The notes under the pieces were generated by a model. It was not told where the DNA came from, searched no databases, and saw only the letters and a list, made by a program, of their open reading frames with translations. From assembly GCA_950097015.1 (NCBI GenBank), contig CATNEN010000007.1:12710001-12774000 (forward strand): a stretch of DNA of 64,000 nt, written 5' to 3'. Source of the DNA: Macrostomum hystrix. Taxonomy: Eukaryota > Animalia > Platyhelminthes. Each line of letters starts with the position of its first letter. Within the stretch, counting starts at the first letter, position 1. The translations under genes were made by a program, and so were the position numbers. Of this stretch, positions 11,117 to 22,500 are shown in pieces.

Positions 11117-12420
11117 CGAGGGGTGTCCCAAAAGTTCCCAGAATTTCTATTACAGTTCTTCAATGCAGCTATGAAATTTTAAATCCATGGTGTCAAATTA
11201 AAGGGAAATTTGTCACATTGAGGCTGTAGTTGAAATCATGTTGATATCATTTTTCGTTCATGCGCTGCAACGAAAAGTGTCTGAACAAGTCAGTTCTAGT
11301 GTTACACATCCTCAAATGTCTAGTGTTCATCTTTTTCATCATCAACTTTCTTGGAAAAAAATCACTTGAATTCGTGCTACTAATGTGCAAGAAACACGTG
11401 GCAATGTCTATGGCAAAAACCAGTAAATTTGCTTATCAGGGTCAATGGTTCCTGCGCAAATCACTTTACTAATTGCTCGCTGTTGGCTGGAGATTTCTTT
11501 CAAAGATGAGTTCTCTTCAGAGCCTTGAGAGTCAACGGGCGCGAGTTTTTGCCCTGTGGTCGGCAGGATGGAGTGGAGACAAAACAGCGGAGCATCTTTT
11601 CTCTATCAGGGGATGACCAGCCACGCTCTGGCCGCCCCTGCACGTCGGGTGGCAAGACATCCTGTCAACGGGTCCACTCCATACAAGACTCCCTGCATGT
11701 CACCACTGATCTGAATCTCTCAAAGATCTCAGCCCGTTGGGTCCCCCACCTTCTCACATCGGAGCTCAAGGCACAACGAATGAGCGTCGCCAACTCAAAC
11801 ATCGAGCTCATTCAGAGGCAAGGTGGGTGGGATGACTTAGGCTAGCTGATCACCTCCGGGGATGAGACATGGATCCCATTCTTTGATCCTGAGACAAATG
11901 AAGAAAGTCGCATCTGGGCAAAGAAGGGGTCAGCTGCCCCTGTGAAGGCTCGGTGAGACCAGCATTCGAGGAGGGTCATGTTGACCCTCTTCTTTGACCA
12001 CTCTGGTCCACTGACCATCGATTTTCTGGAAGAAGGGACAACGATTACTGCGGACCGCAACATCGCTAGCCTGACCAGACTAATTGGGATGATGTGCGAA
12101 ACAAGGGGCGTCAATCTGGTGAGAAGCCGCGTGCTTCCTGCACCACGACAACGCTCAGCTGGAAAGACAATGGAGAAGATTGACCAGCTGAATTTTGAGC
12201 TGCTGCCTCATCCGCCTTACTCGCCCGATTTAGCACCTGCGGATTCGCCATCTTTCCTCAAACGAAGAGGCTTCTTCTTCGGGGTCGGGTGTTTCAGAAT
12301 AGCAGAGAGCTCTAAGCACTGACTCGTCACATCTTCTTGCACGAAATGCCTCGTTCTTTGTCTTCTGAGGCCATAAACGGCATGCGTTTAAGGTGGCAGA
12401 AGTGTGTCCTGTTGAATCAG
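11117..12420 (+). mobile_element. Degenerate mariner-type (D,D34D-like) DNA transposon, transposase pseudogene, right TIR not found
   Basis: TA|CGAGGGGTGTCCCAAAAGT left end. Transposase motifs across stops and frameshifts: DDQPRSGRP, SARWVPHLLT, TSGDETW, MLTLFFDHSG, HDNA, HPPYSPDLAPAD, RWQKCV. Confidence 0.9.
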
Positions 12421-13261
12421 GACTCGCCCCCATTCTCTTCTCTTCTTGGGGAGAAGCCCCAAGGCTGGACTCGTCGATTAGATTTTAAATGTGACTGGCG
12501 AATGCCACGAAAATGACAAACCTGTTGATGCATTGTTCAGAGTTTCATTATTCGATGTTTAATGATTATCGATTGAAGACATTGAGGATGTGTAACACTA
12601 GGGCTGACTTGTACTGACACTCTTCGTTGCCGCGTCTGCCTGCGAATGTCAAGCTGGCTCCCAAAAATACACTACGGAGATACGAAACACACTTTAACAT
12701 TGAATAACCCGCAGACGCTTTCATGAATCAGTCTGAAATTTTACACATCCAATCAACTCGATTGCATCAGAGGTTTTGTAAATTTTCATTGCGATTGATG
12801 CAGTAGAAGTTACTTTTTGAAAGTACAAGAATATACACTGCGGAGATAGGAACAAACTTCAAAGCTGTGTAATTCTTTTATGCATTGACAAAAATAAATT
12901 ATATTTATTTTGGAACGTTATCTTAGTTGCATCAGAAGATCTTGTAAGTTTCGCTGTAATTGAATGGTTATTTTTTAAGTTACAATACTCTTGTTTGAAT
13001 GTAAATGTGAATGTGAATGTCAATCGGGAAATTAATACGTTATTTTTCCTTTCTAAGATTTTAAATAATTTTAAATATTGCATTTTATGTAATTAACTTG
13101 CTATCACTTCTGTTATTTCCTCAAAGAAGAAAAGTAATGGACATAAATAACAAGACAAAGTTAATAGTAGACTTGTCAGATTTTATAAATATTGCTAATT
13201 GTAGCACTTATTATTCTTGGACAAGAAATAGCAGTAGTGAACTAGGCCTAGTGACTAGTGA

Positions 13262-13788
13262 CTATTCCGTGGGAATAATTTCCTGCTTATCCGCACGTCA
13301 CACTGTAGAGATAGCTGTCCTATCTTCAGCTATACACTTAGAAGGCTTGAGCTATAAGATTAGAAAAATACATACTTCAGTTGTATTCTTTTAAATGTAT
13401 AAATAATCGAAATATATATTTTATAAGCCACCGTATTGGGTAACTACTTGTGAAAAAAGCAGAAAACTTTAATTTGTTTACTTGCTTTTAAAAACTGGAA
13501 GAAAAAATGAAAATTGCAGTCATGATAAAAAGATAGATGATAGGACAGCTATCTCATCAGTGTGCCGTGCGGATAAGCAGGAAATTATTCCCACGGAATA
13601 TGTTGAAGATAAGACAGCTATCTCTACAGTGTGCCGTGCGGATAAGCAGGAAATTATTCCCACGGAATAGGTTGAAGATAGGACAGCTATCTCGTCAGTG
13701 TGCCGTGCGGATAAGCAGGAAATTATTCCCACGGTACCATAGGAATAAGACAAAAATTATTTCTACGGTACCGTGGGGATAAGCACTG
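13262..13788. mobile_element. Remnant non-autonomous TIR element: one ~60-bp unit (13262-13328) inverted against a tandem 60-bp array (13533-13788) ending ...GGATAAGCACTG
   Basis: 13262-13328 is the reverse complement of the GATAGGACAGCTATCTC..GGATAAGCAGGAAATTATTCCCACGGAATA units. The motif and terminus resemble the TIRs at 51245/52478. Confidence 0.6.
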
Positions 13789-15195
13789 CCATAAGCTAAA
13801 CAATGATCATCAAGCATTAATTAAGCAAAGCAAGTTGGTTGCCTAAGTCAAACTCCTAACTAGTCTCCTAAACTCTTAACCACTAAGTACAAAGCTTCCT
13901 ATACCACTCTGGCATTAAAACAGTGGGCAGTTAAGACATTCAGTGAATTTTTTTCAATTAATTCTGAAGTAACCATTGCTCTTTGGCTGTTAGTTATTAT
14001 TTAAATAAAGATGAATGTTTAGTTTAAGTTTTTTAGCTTTAAATGGAAGTGGAAGTCTGTGCCTCTATAATTTTAGTATTTTTGTATTTCTAGCAACTGA
14101 ATTAGAACAGCATTTGCTTTTGTTTCAGCCATGTGCTAAATCTAGGTTCACAGTCTTGATTTTTACTAGTGATAGAGCCAAATTTTTGCATTCTGATCCA
14201 GAATCTGAATATTTGGACATTATTTTGCCAAATTCTTTGGATTTGGATCCAGATAGATTTTTCCAAACATCCAAATGTGTACTCCAAAAAATTACAAATT
14301 GTCTCTTTAAGCACCCAGAGTCCAGATCATGTTGAGTGCACACCAAAAGTGAAATAGAATTTGATTTGCATACCAAGGTTAAACAGCAATTTTTAATCGC
14401 ACACTAGTGCATGCTAGTGTGGCCTGCAGAAACATGTAGATTAGGACAAAACTGATAATTCTAATTTGTAAAAGACATAAGATATCTTTTAAATGTATAT
14501 TAAAATGTTAGGTAAAAAAGTCTGGAAACATAATTATTTAAAAAATAAAATAAACAATTTTGCTAAGTGGCTACTTATAGTAACTTGTAAAATTTTTTGG
14601 CCAAAATTATATTTGAATTTTTCTTTTTTTGCTGATTGCAAATGTATTTAGGTTAAACAATACATTTCCTTGTGCTGTGCTTTTCCAAGACATTTCTGTA
14701 TAGGCCTTTGTAAATTTAAATGCATTTTTACAGAAAGCATGTACCTTTTATCAAATAAAAGTGTGTCATTTTATAATTCCTATTTTGTACATCAAATTCA
14801 AGTTTTCAAGCAGTAGTGCCCAGGGACAAATAGGCAATTATTGCCAATAGTGGAGCTCTAGCTCCTAAAAAACTATAGAAAGCTCACCCACTGCATCCAC
14901 ATATAGATCCATCATAGATCCAGCACGCCACATTGAATTGTCACTAAGTTCTGTCTAGGTGAGCAACACAAGCAACACAAGCAAGCCCAAAGGACCTTTA
15001 TATATGTTTATAAACATGAATGCATAAACATATGAATTTATAAACATGAACTCTATAGTTAATCTGTTTTGTATATGATTTTATGTAGAATATAAGAATA
15101 TGTTTTTTACATTGCATCTCATTCATATCACATCACATTTTTTATCAGCTAAATTTATACTCAGAACTGAGCACTAAGCACTACTCAGTACCTAA

Positions 15196-15997
15196 CATAC
15201 ATGCTCAACTTCAAAATTTCATGCATCCAGTGCAACTTACTTTTTGTCCAGATTTGCAACTTACCTATATGCCACAGTGGCCATAGTGACTTAGTTCCTC
15301 CTGATTGCGACTTAGTTCCTCCTGATTGCGACTTAGTTCCTCCCGATTGCGACTTAGTTTCTCCTGATTGTGACTTAGTTCCTCCTGATTGTGACTTAGT
15401 TCCTCCCGATTGCGACTTAGTTTCTCCTGATTGCGACTTAGTTCCTCCTGATTGCGACTTAGTTCCTCCTGATTGTGACTTAGTTCCTCCTGATTGTGAC
15501 TTAGTTCCTCCCGATTGCGACTTAGTTTCTCCTGATTGCAACTTAGTTCCTCCTGATTGCGACTTAGTTCCTCCTGATTGCGACTTAGTTTCTCCTGATT
15601 GTGACTTAGTTCCTCCTGATTGTGACTTAGTTCCTCCCGATTGCGACTTAGTTTCTCCTGATTGCGACTTAGTTCCTCCTGATTGCGACTTAGTTCCTCC
15701 TGATTGCGACTTAGTTCCTCCTGATTGCGACTTAGTTCCCTCAATTGCAACTTAGTTCTTCCCGATTGCAATGTAATTTTCAATTTGTATATGACTTTTC
15801 TTGTCATTTTCTCTTTGCTTCTCTCTCCTCTTCCCCCCTCTCTCTTTTCTCCCTCCTTTCTTTTCTCTTTCTCTTCCTCTTCTTTCTTTCTTCCCCCAAT
15901 TTTAGTTTTTTGTGTTTTCGATTTTGTGACTTACCTTGGCAGGCGGCCATTTCACCTGTCTGGTTCAGGTGGGTCAAACGGGTGTTGGATGTGTATG
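15196..15997. mobile_element. Non-autonomous DNA transposon (CATACA..TGTATG ends, 8-bp TSD; hAT/P-like) carrying an internal minisatellite
   Basis: Perfect TSD GTACCTAA at 15188-15195 and 15998-16005. Ends are CATACATGCTCAAC / GTTGGATGTGTATG. Internal and subterminal similarity to 50944-51219. Confidence 0.85.
15288..15770. repeat. 21-bp minisatellite (GACTTAGTTCCTCCTGATTGC), ~23 copies, inside the element above
   Basis: Visible tandem array. Confidence 0.95.
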
Positions 15998-16592
15998 GTA
16001 CCTAAGCTCTGAAGGCTTGCTCTCCTTGATTATATTTGCCACAAAAAGTGGTATATTCTATATCCTGGAAAGCCCCAATTAAATTGTTCACAATATCTTT
16101 TAACTGACATAAATATTGTTACCAAATTTTTGGGCTGCTTATGTCTCTTGTTAAAAAAATGAAGTACTACATTTGGACAACACTGTATCTGCCTTGCCTG
16201 TATTCATATTCCATCTGGGCATATAATTTTTTTCACAGTATTTTTATGTGGACTTTTTCCTACAATATATTATATAGTTTTTTGTTGCATCTGAATTCCA
16301 AGCAAGGTGCTACCAATTCGCTTAGCTTTCAGTTACATAAAAATTATTTCATCTAAGATCCTGCAAAATCCAAGTAGAAAAAATATGACTTCGTATATCA
16401 GTGTTTAGAAATACAAGCATATAAAAAGGCAATTAGAACTATAGTTTAACTCATTTCAATATTTAAAGTATTTTTATGTCAGGCAAACTAACAGTAATAA
16501 TAACTTTTTGTGTCATAAAAGCTTTTGAATTTGTAAGAAATGATTCTTTTTAACTTTCCAGGTTTTCTCTGGCACTTTGTGGTAATGTAGAA

Positions 16593-19500
16593 ATGTCTTC
16601 AATATTTCTGGGGCAAATAGCGGCCCTGGATGGGCTTCGTTTTGAGGAACGAATGAATTTCTACGAGCAGCTTTCTATGCGACTGATGAGCAAGAATCTT
16701 GTAGATGAGCTCGCTGCAAGTTCAACTGAAGGCCGTGTCAAGTTTTGGAGTCAGTCATTGCAGAACTTATCGCGCTCTGCCTATCAGGACTTTAACCAGC
16801 TCAAGAAAGTCAGCGACCAACGAGGGCCACAACATGTCGTTGTAGTTAGAAAAAAGAAAGCCATCCTGGAAGCCATAAAAAAGCTTTTCAGCGGATGTCG
16901 CTCTTCTGGTTGTGCAAAGAACACGGAAATTGTGACCTTTTTTATAACAGTTTTATCCGACTCCAGTCTACGCGCAATGATAGGAGAGGACTATGCTTCG
17001 TTTCTCGATTCTTGTGTGTTCAGCTGCAAAGAATTTGTTTGCCATGTGTCAGACTCCGTGATAGAGAGCATTCACAATAGTCTCCAGGCAAGGTTGGAGA
17101 CAAAGTTTTGTTCCAAGTATTTGTCACTGTTCTCTCAACTTGTGATTTTGAGTTCTGAGCGTAGCTGTCTTTTTGTAGATGCTTCAGTGCTTGCGAATTG
17201 GCTAGTTGCCACCGTTCAGGACAAAGACGAACGACTATTCCATCGAATGATCAATGCCGTCGACTGCTTGATATCTCATGATTACTTTGCTGTCTTTTTT
17301 TCTAAGATATGCGCCTTCGCGCAAAGTCTATTTCGGTGCTACGAGCAGTTCTTTTCGTCATTCATGACTACGACTCACGAAGCTGTCTGTTCCTTCTTCT
17401 ACCAGTTTTTTAGCGCACTGGCTACCAATCGAGAAGTACAAGAGAATTGCACTGAGCTGGTGCTTGATCTGCTTAATCTGCAGCAACCCATGTTGCGACT
17501 AATCATTCATTTGCGTGAAGAAAAATTTGTTTCAAGTGTTCGATTCCACAGAGCTGACAAAGCCAACGACTTTCCAGTCTTCTACCGTTTGCTTGCCTTG
17601 CTAACCACCTCTGGACTAAGCCATGATGGCACACTTGGCACAGATGCAGCACTTTGCCACCGCAACAAACGGCCAAAAAGTTCTTCTGCTCTAGAAGAGG
17701 CATGCGACAGCATTGAATCTGCGAGCACTGACGACGTTGCTATAATTCTTGACTTGAAAAGGATTCGTGGCCTACTTGAGACAAAAAGTGTACCAAACGC
17801 AAGTGTGAAACGTCTTCAGAGTACACTTACCCAGATTCAGAACATGCATAAAGTCGATGTTATTGTATCGCTACAAATTAGCCTTTTAATCGACTGTCTT
17901 CTAAAGTGGAACGTTCAGTTTGATGAGGACTTCATGGAGTCAATCTGGAAATTTTCTTTTAGCTTGATGTCTAGAAAGAGTTTCCGGCAACAATCTTTTT
18001 TACTTTGTGAAGCTCTCTCGACATCTTTCATTAAGGACGCAAATTCTGCTGTCGTGAGCTGGCTTCTATTTGCTTTTGAACAGAGTCTTTCCGCAAGACC
18101 AGCTTATATTCCGTTGAAGGATTTTTGTCACATTGTTAATGTTTGCACTCGACAAATAAATCGAGATGCGCCATGTGACAATGCGACCGACCGAAATTGC
18201 TTTTGCTTATCCGACTCAAACCTACTGAAGATCTCTGAAGTCATCGAGTCTACACTCCAGGACTGCAAACCATCTAACTTTAACGAGTTCGTCGACATAA
18301 CGATTTCTTCTGCGTTCCTTCACTGCTGCAACATGATTGCGAATGAAGAGGTTATTGCTCATACTCTCTCGTCGTTGATCAGGACTGGAAACTGTCTGAG
18401 TGATAAATGCGACCTCTACTACTTTGCTGACCAGCTTGGAGATTTCGTCAAAGTTTTGCAACCTTTTCTAAACAGTGGTGCATCTCAGCTCATCAGATCA
18501 TTTCTCCAGGAAGCAAAAGTAATGTTCTTCAATCTTCTGACCACGAATGGCGTCAGTGAACGAGACTCAACCGTTTTAAGGCTTGAAGACGAAGTCGACT
18601 TTTCACCATCATGTGACGACACGCTTTCTGCTAACGATTTCACTTCACCATGCAACTTTGCTGTCAATAGGCAAGAACGGCTGCGCCACTCTCTTCTTAA
18701 AGCCTATCTTCGACTGACAACTTCTTTGAACTATCAAAACTATGAAGAAGTCACGGAAAGCTTAAAAGTCATTACCCAAGGCTTAAGTTTTCAAACCCGC
18801 AGTTCTGACTTATACTCATTTGTCGTGTTTTTTGTGAACGATTTTATTCAGTTTTCTTCATCAACTGCCAATGCGACAAATCAGTATATCATGACAACAT
18901 TTGATCTTCTCCGCTGTGGTTTTCGAAACTTCAGAAAGAATCAGCAAGTAATAGCGCAATTTTGCGAAATTCTAGCGCATTTTATTGAGAAGCTGGGAAA
19001 AACATCTCACGAAAGGCAGGAGAATTATTTAAATTTCTGTCAGGAGCTCCTTATTGTGATTATTCTAAGCCAAAATGATGTGACTTGTTGCACATCCTTG
19101 CTAAAATCGTTGTCCCATTGTGTGGTTCGCATGTGTAGGCAAAGGCCGGATCTGCTTTGTCGAGAATTCAAGGGCAAGACCTTGTTCTGCTTCGCTCTTG
19201 AACTAGTTGGACATTTTTGTCAAAGCATTGCAATGACTGCTTCAGATATTCTGAGGTGGGTTGATTGGAAGGACCCTGCTCAAAGCAACACAGTGATTGG
19301 ATTTATTAAAGGGCTGTTTTCGATTGAAGTTTCTGTTGAGGATGCAGATTTTTTAATCGATTTAAAACGCTTCAGGGTTTCGATCGCGCAACATGCATTG
19401 ACAGTAGTACTTACAACATCGCCATCATCAAAGCGTGGTCGACATTTAAACTCTGTTGTTCAGATGCATCAAAGTGGATTGCTCGATTTTAAAAGTGCTA

Positions 19501-22500
19501 AAAATGTCATCGAAGCTACTGTTGCAAGTAGCCGTGACTACGCAACCAAACTATACATCATAGTTTGCCTGTCAGAATGGTTAGCGAGCAACAAACTTTC
19601 TCTGTTTCCTGTCACAATTTTTGATTACTCTTCTGTCCAACAGTTCGTTTCGGAGTGCCTTTATGAGTGCATTAGCGCCGCTGTTCAAATTAATTTGAGC
19701 GTTCAACAAGTAGCTGACATCGCATCCCAACCTGCAAAGCAGATACTTAAGTCCTGCCAAACTTCTGTATTTGCTCCCACATTCACGCGGTGCTTTCTTA
19801 GTAAAGATGCTAGCTCTGTGGGTCGCCTTAAGACCGCGATCAGCTTCCCTAACGGCCGCGATGAATCCACTTGCCGAGATTTAGGAAGATTCCTCATGAC
19901 TGCTTGCTGCTTTTTGCCTTGCAACCTTGCTGTCGAAGGGAATACAATTGAAGAGCTCATCAAGTTTTGCTGTTTCTCTATATCGAATAGTCAAACTAGC
20001 AATCCCCTAGAACCATTTGTAAAAGGTGGATCAGTGAGTGATCTAGTAACGAACATTTGCTGTGCGTCTATCGAGTTTTGGAGTACGTGTGATGAAGAGT
20101 TCAGTCTAGTTAGTCTTTTAAGCAGCTGCATTGTTCTTAACTATTTAGTGAAGCTTTCAACTAACAATCCTAATTTGTTTACGCTCTTGGACTTTCGCCA
20201 GCTTCTTAATGTTCTTTTAATGGCTGCACAGAAACTAGCTGGTAATTCCAATGTATCCAACCGACATGCAGTACTGTCTTGCTTTGATTCGACTCTCTTG
20301 GCAATCACTACTTTATTGGAGAACTCTGTGCTTCCAGAACGTTTTAACGGAAGCCTAATTGTCGTAAATGTTCTCGCCAATCTGCGTCAGAATACCATGA
20401 CCAACTCTCAATTGCATCAAATATCGAAAATTTTGAGTTGTTTTCTAAGACTTTCGAATGAAAGATATTGTAAAGAAATAATTTCTGAGCTCGATTTGCC
20501 TATGCTCATAGCAGAGAGCTCACTCTGTGGTTCGATCTTTTCTGCTCTGGTCAGCAAAGCCAGTATTTTCAAAGTCATAAACGCCGTTTTTAATTCCTAC
20601 TCATCGATTAGCGTCAGTTCCTATTTAAAGTCGACTGGCTGGTTTGGTTTCGTTACAGCTCTAGAGCAGAGGCTTGAAGCATCTGAAACAGTTGAACATC
20701 ACGAAATGATTGTTCGAATCGCTAAGGCTTTCCATCAAATAACAGTTGACGGAGTTATTAAAGATTACAAAAGCTTTGATCTGGCTGAATCGACCTCGCA
20801 CACGATGTTATCTGCAAAGCTTATGTGTGGAGGTTGTCTTTTGCACAAGAACTGTCAGTTTTCTCAGCAGCTATTTGTGATTAAAGTTCTTATCAATAGC
20901 ACATTTAGCCAAGTTGTGGAAGAAAAAGAGGCCGCAATAGTGTGCTTGCAGAAATTAATGCAGACTGATCTAGCTAGGTCTGCTGTAAAGCACACGGAAG
21001 ACGCTGAGGTTCGAGAAATTTGCCGAGCTATTTCGGCCCTGGGCCCTATCTGCCAGGAAAGGGAAGTACGGCGCAGGTGTGATTGGATTTCTCAAAGCGC
21101 AACGTTAAACGATGTAATATCAACATTAACAAATCATCATTTGCCTTTTATTGTTTGGATTGAAAATGTTATAAAAACGATATTCAAGACCCATTCTTTG
21201 TCCAGCAGTTTTGTCTTGGAGCTGCAATATTTGGTTGGTTTTTCAGTTCGGTTCTGCGAATCGATATTCTTTTGCGTTCTTTCAGAATTTCTTTTGCAAT
21301 CACCATCGAGTGGTATCGAGAACTTTACGGAAGCGCTGTCAAGCTTTCTAGCAAATTGTCGATGTGAACGGAAATTACGGCAGTTGACCTCGTTTATTCT
21401 GTTGCTTCATTCGTCTAGAATGTTCAATGAAACTAGTCCGGAGCAGGATCGAGTATCTTTACCAAGCATACGCATTCCGTATCTTAAAGCTAGTTCTGCT
21501 TCTCTTCGGCTAAATGATGCATATTTAGCCAACCTTTTTTTGGAGTGCCACTTTTCTTCAGTTCTCACTCTTTCAGCCGAAGCTGAGACAATTCTTCTTA
21601 CACTGGTCAGCCACCTAGCCAACGAAGACGCAGTGCTAGGCTGTCAGCGCTTATTAAGCGACTACAAGACACCTCTAAATCTAAAGCACGAGCTACTCGG
21701 ATTGGAGTTTTTCGCAACTTCGGAAGAGCGAAAAGACTTTCTTGGATGTTGTCTGCAAAACTTTTCTGTTTGGACACAGCCAGATGTAGCTGGACATTCA
21801 ACGCTTTCTAATCTACCATGCGCTCGATCTACCGAAGGAGAATTTTGGAGTCATTTAAATCTTGCGAACGAGTATCTGCTTTCTGGAAATCATATGTCAG
21901 CATCGCTAATTTTAAATACTCTGGACAAAGCATCGAGTGACTTTAATCAAGTTTTTGTTGATAGCAATAGGCTTTTATTTGATTTCGTCGAGAAGCGCAC
22001 TGCTTTGAGCTGCTTTCGCCGTCTGCTAAACGCAATCGATGATAAAAGCCGTCAGGATTTGTCACTATTTTTCCTTTCCTATGCTGAAGAACAAGCGAGC
22101 AACTTCCAATTCTGTAAGCATTACAAGACATTAGCCGTTCATTGGAATTTAAATAAGACGATCCTGCAATTGTCTAAACCAGATTGCCATAACCTGCAAC
22201 AATTCGTTCACCACTGTGTTATTCTCAAAGACATATTCGTATCACTAAATTGTACAAACAAAGCGCAGTCATTCGTATCTGCTCTTTCGAGCAAACTATC
22301 TACCCAGTATTTGCCGGATTTCTTATTGCACCTAGTAAAGTTCGAAGAATCAAGTTTGTACTGGGAGACGGGCGAGAAGGATGTCGCATTGCTATTAGGC
22401 AAGCGTTGTTTAACGGCACTTGAGTCTTTCGCTACTGACAATATCTCTGTCGATGCCTATCTTAACGTAGTCCGTCGTTATTCGCAGTGGCTAAATGAGA

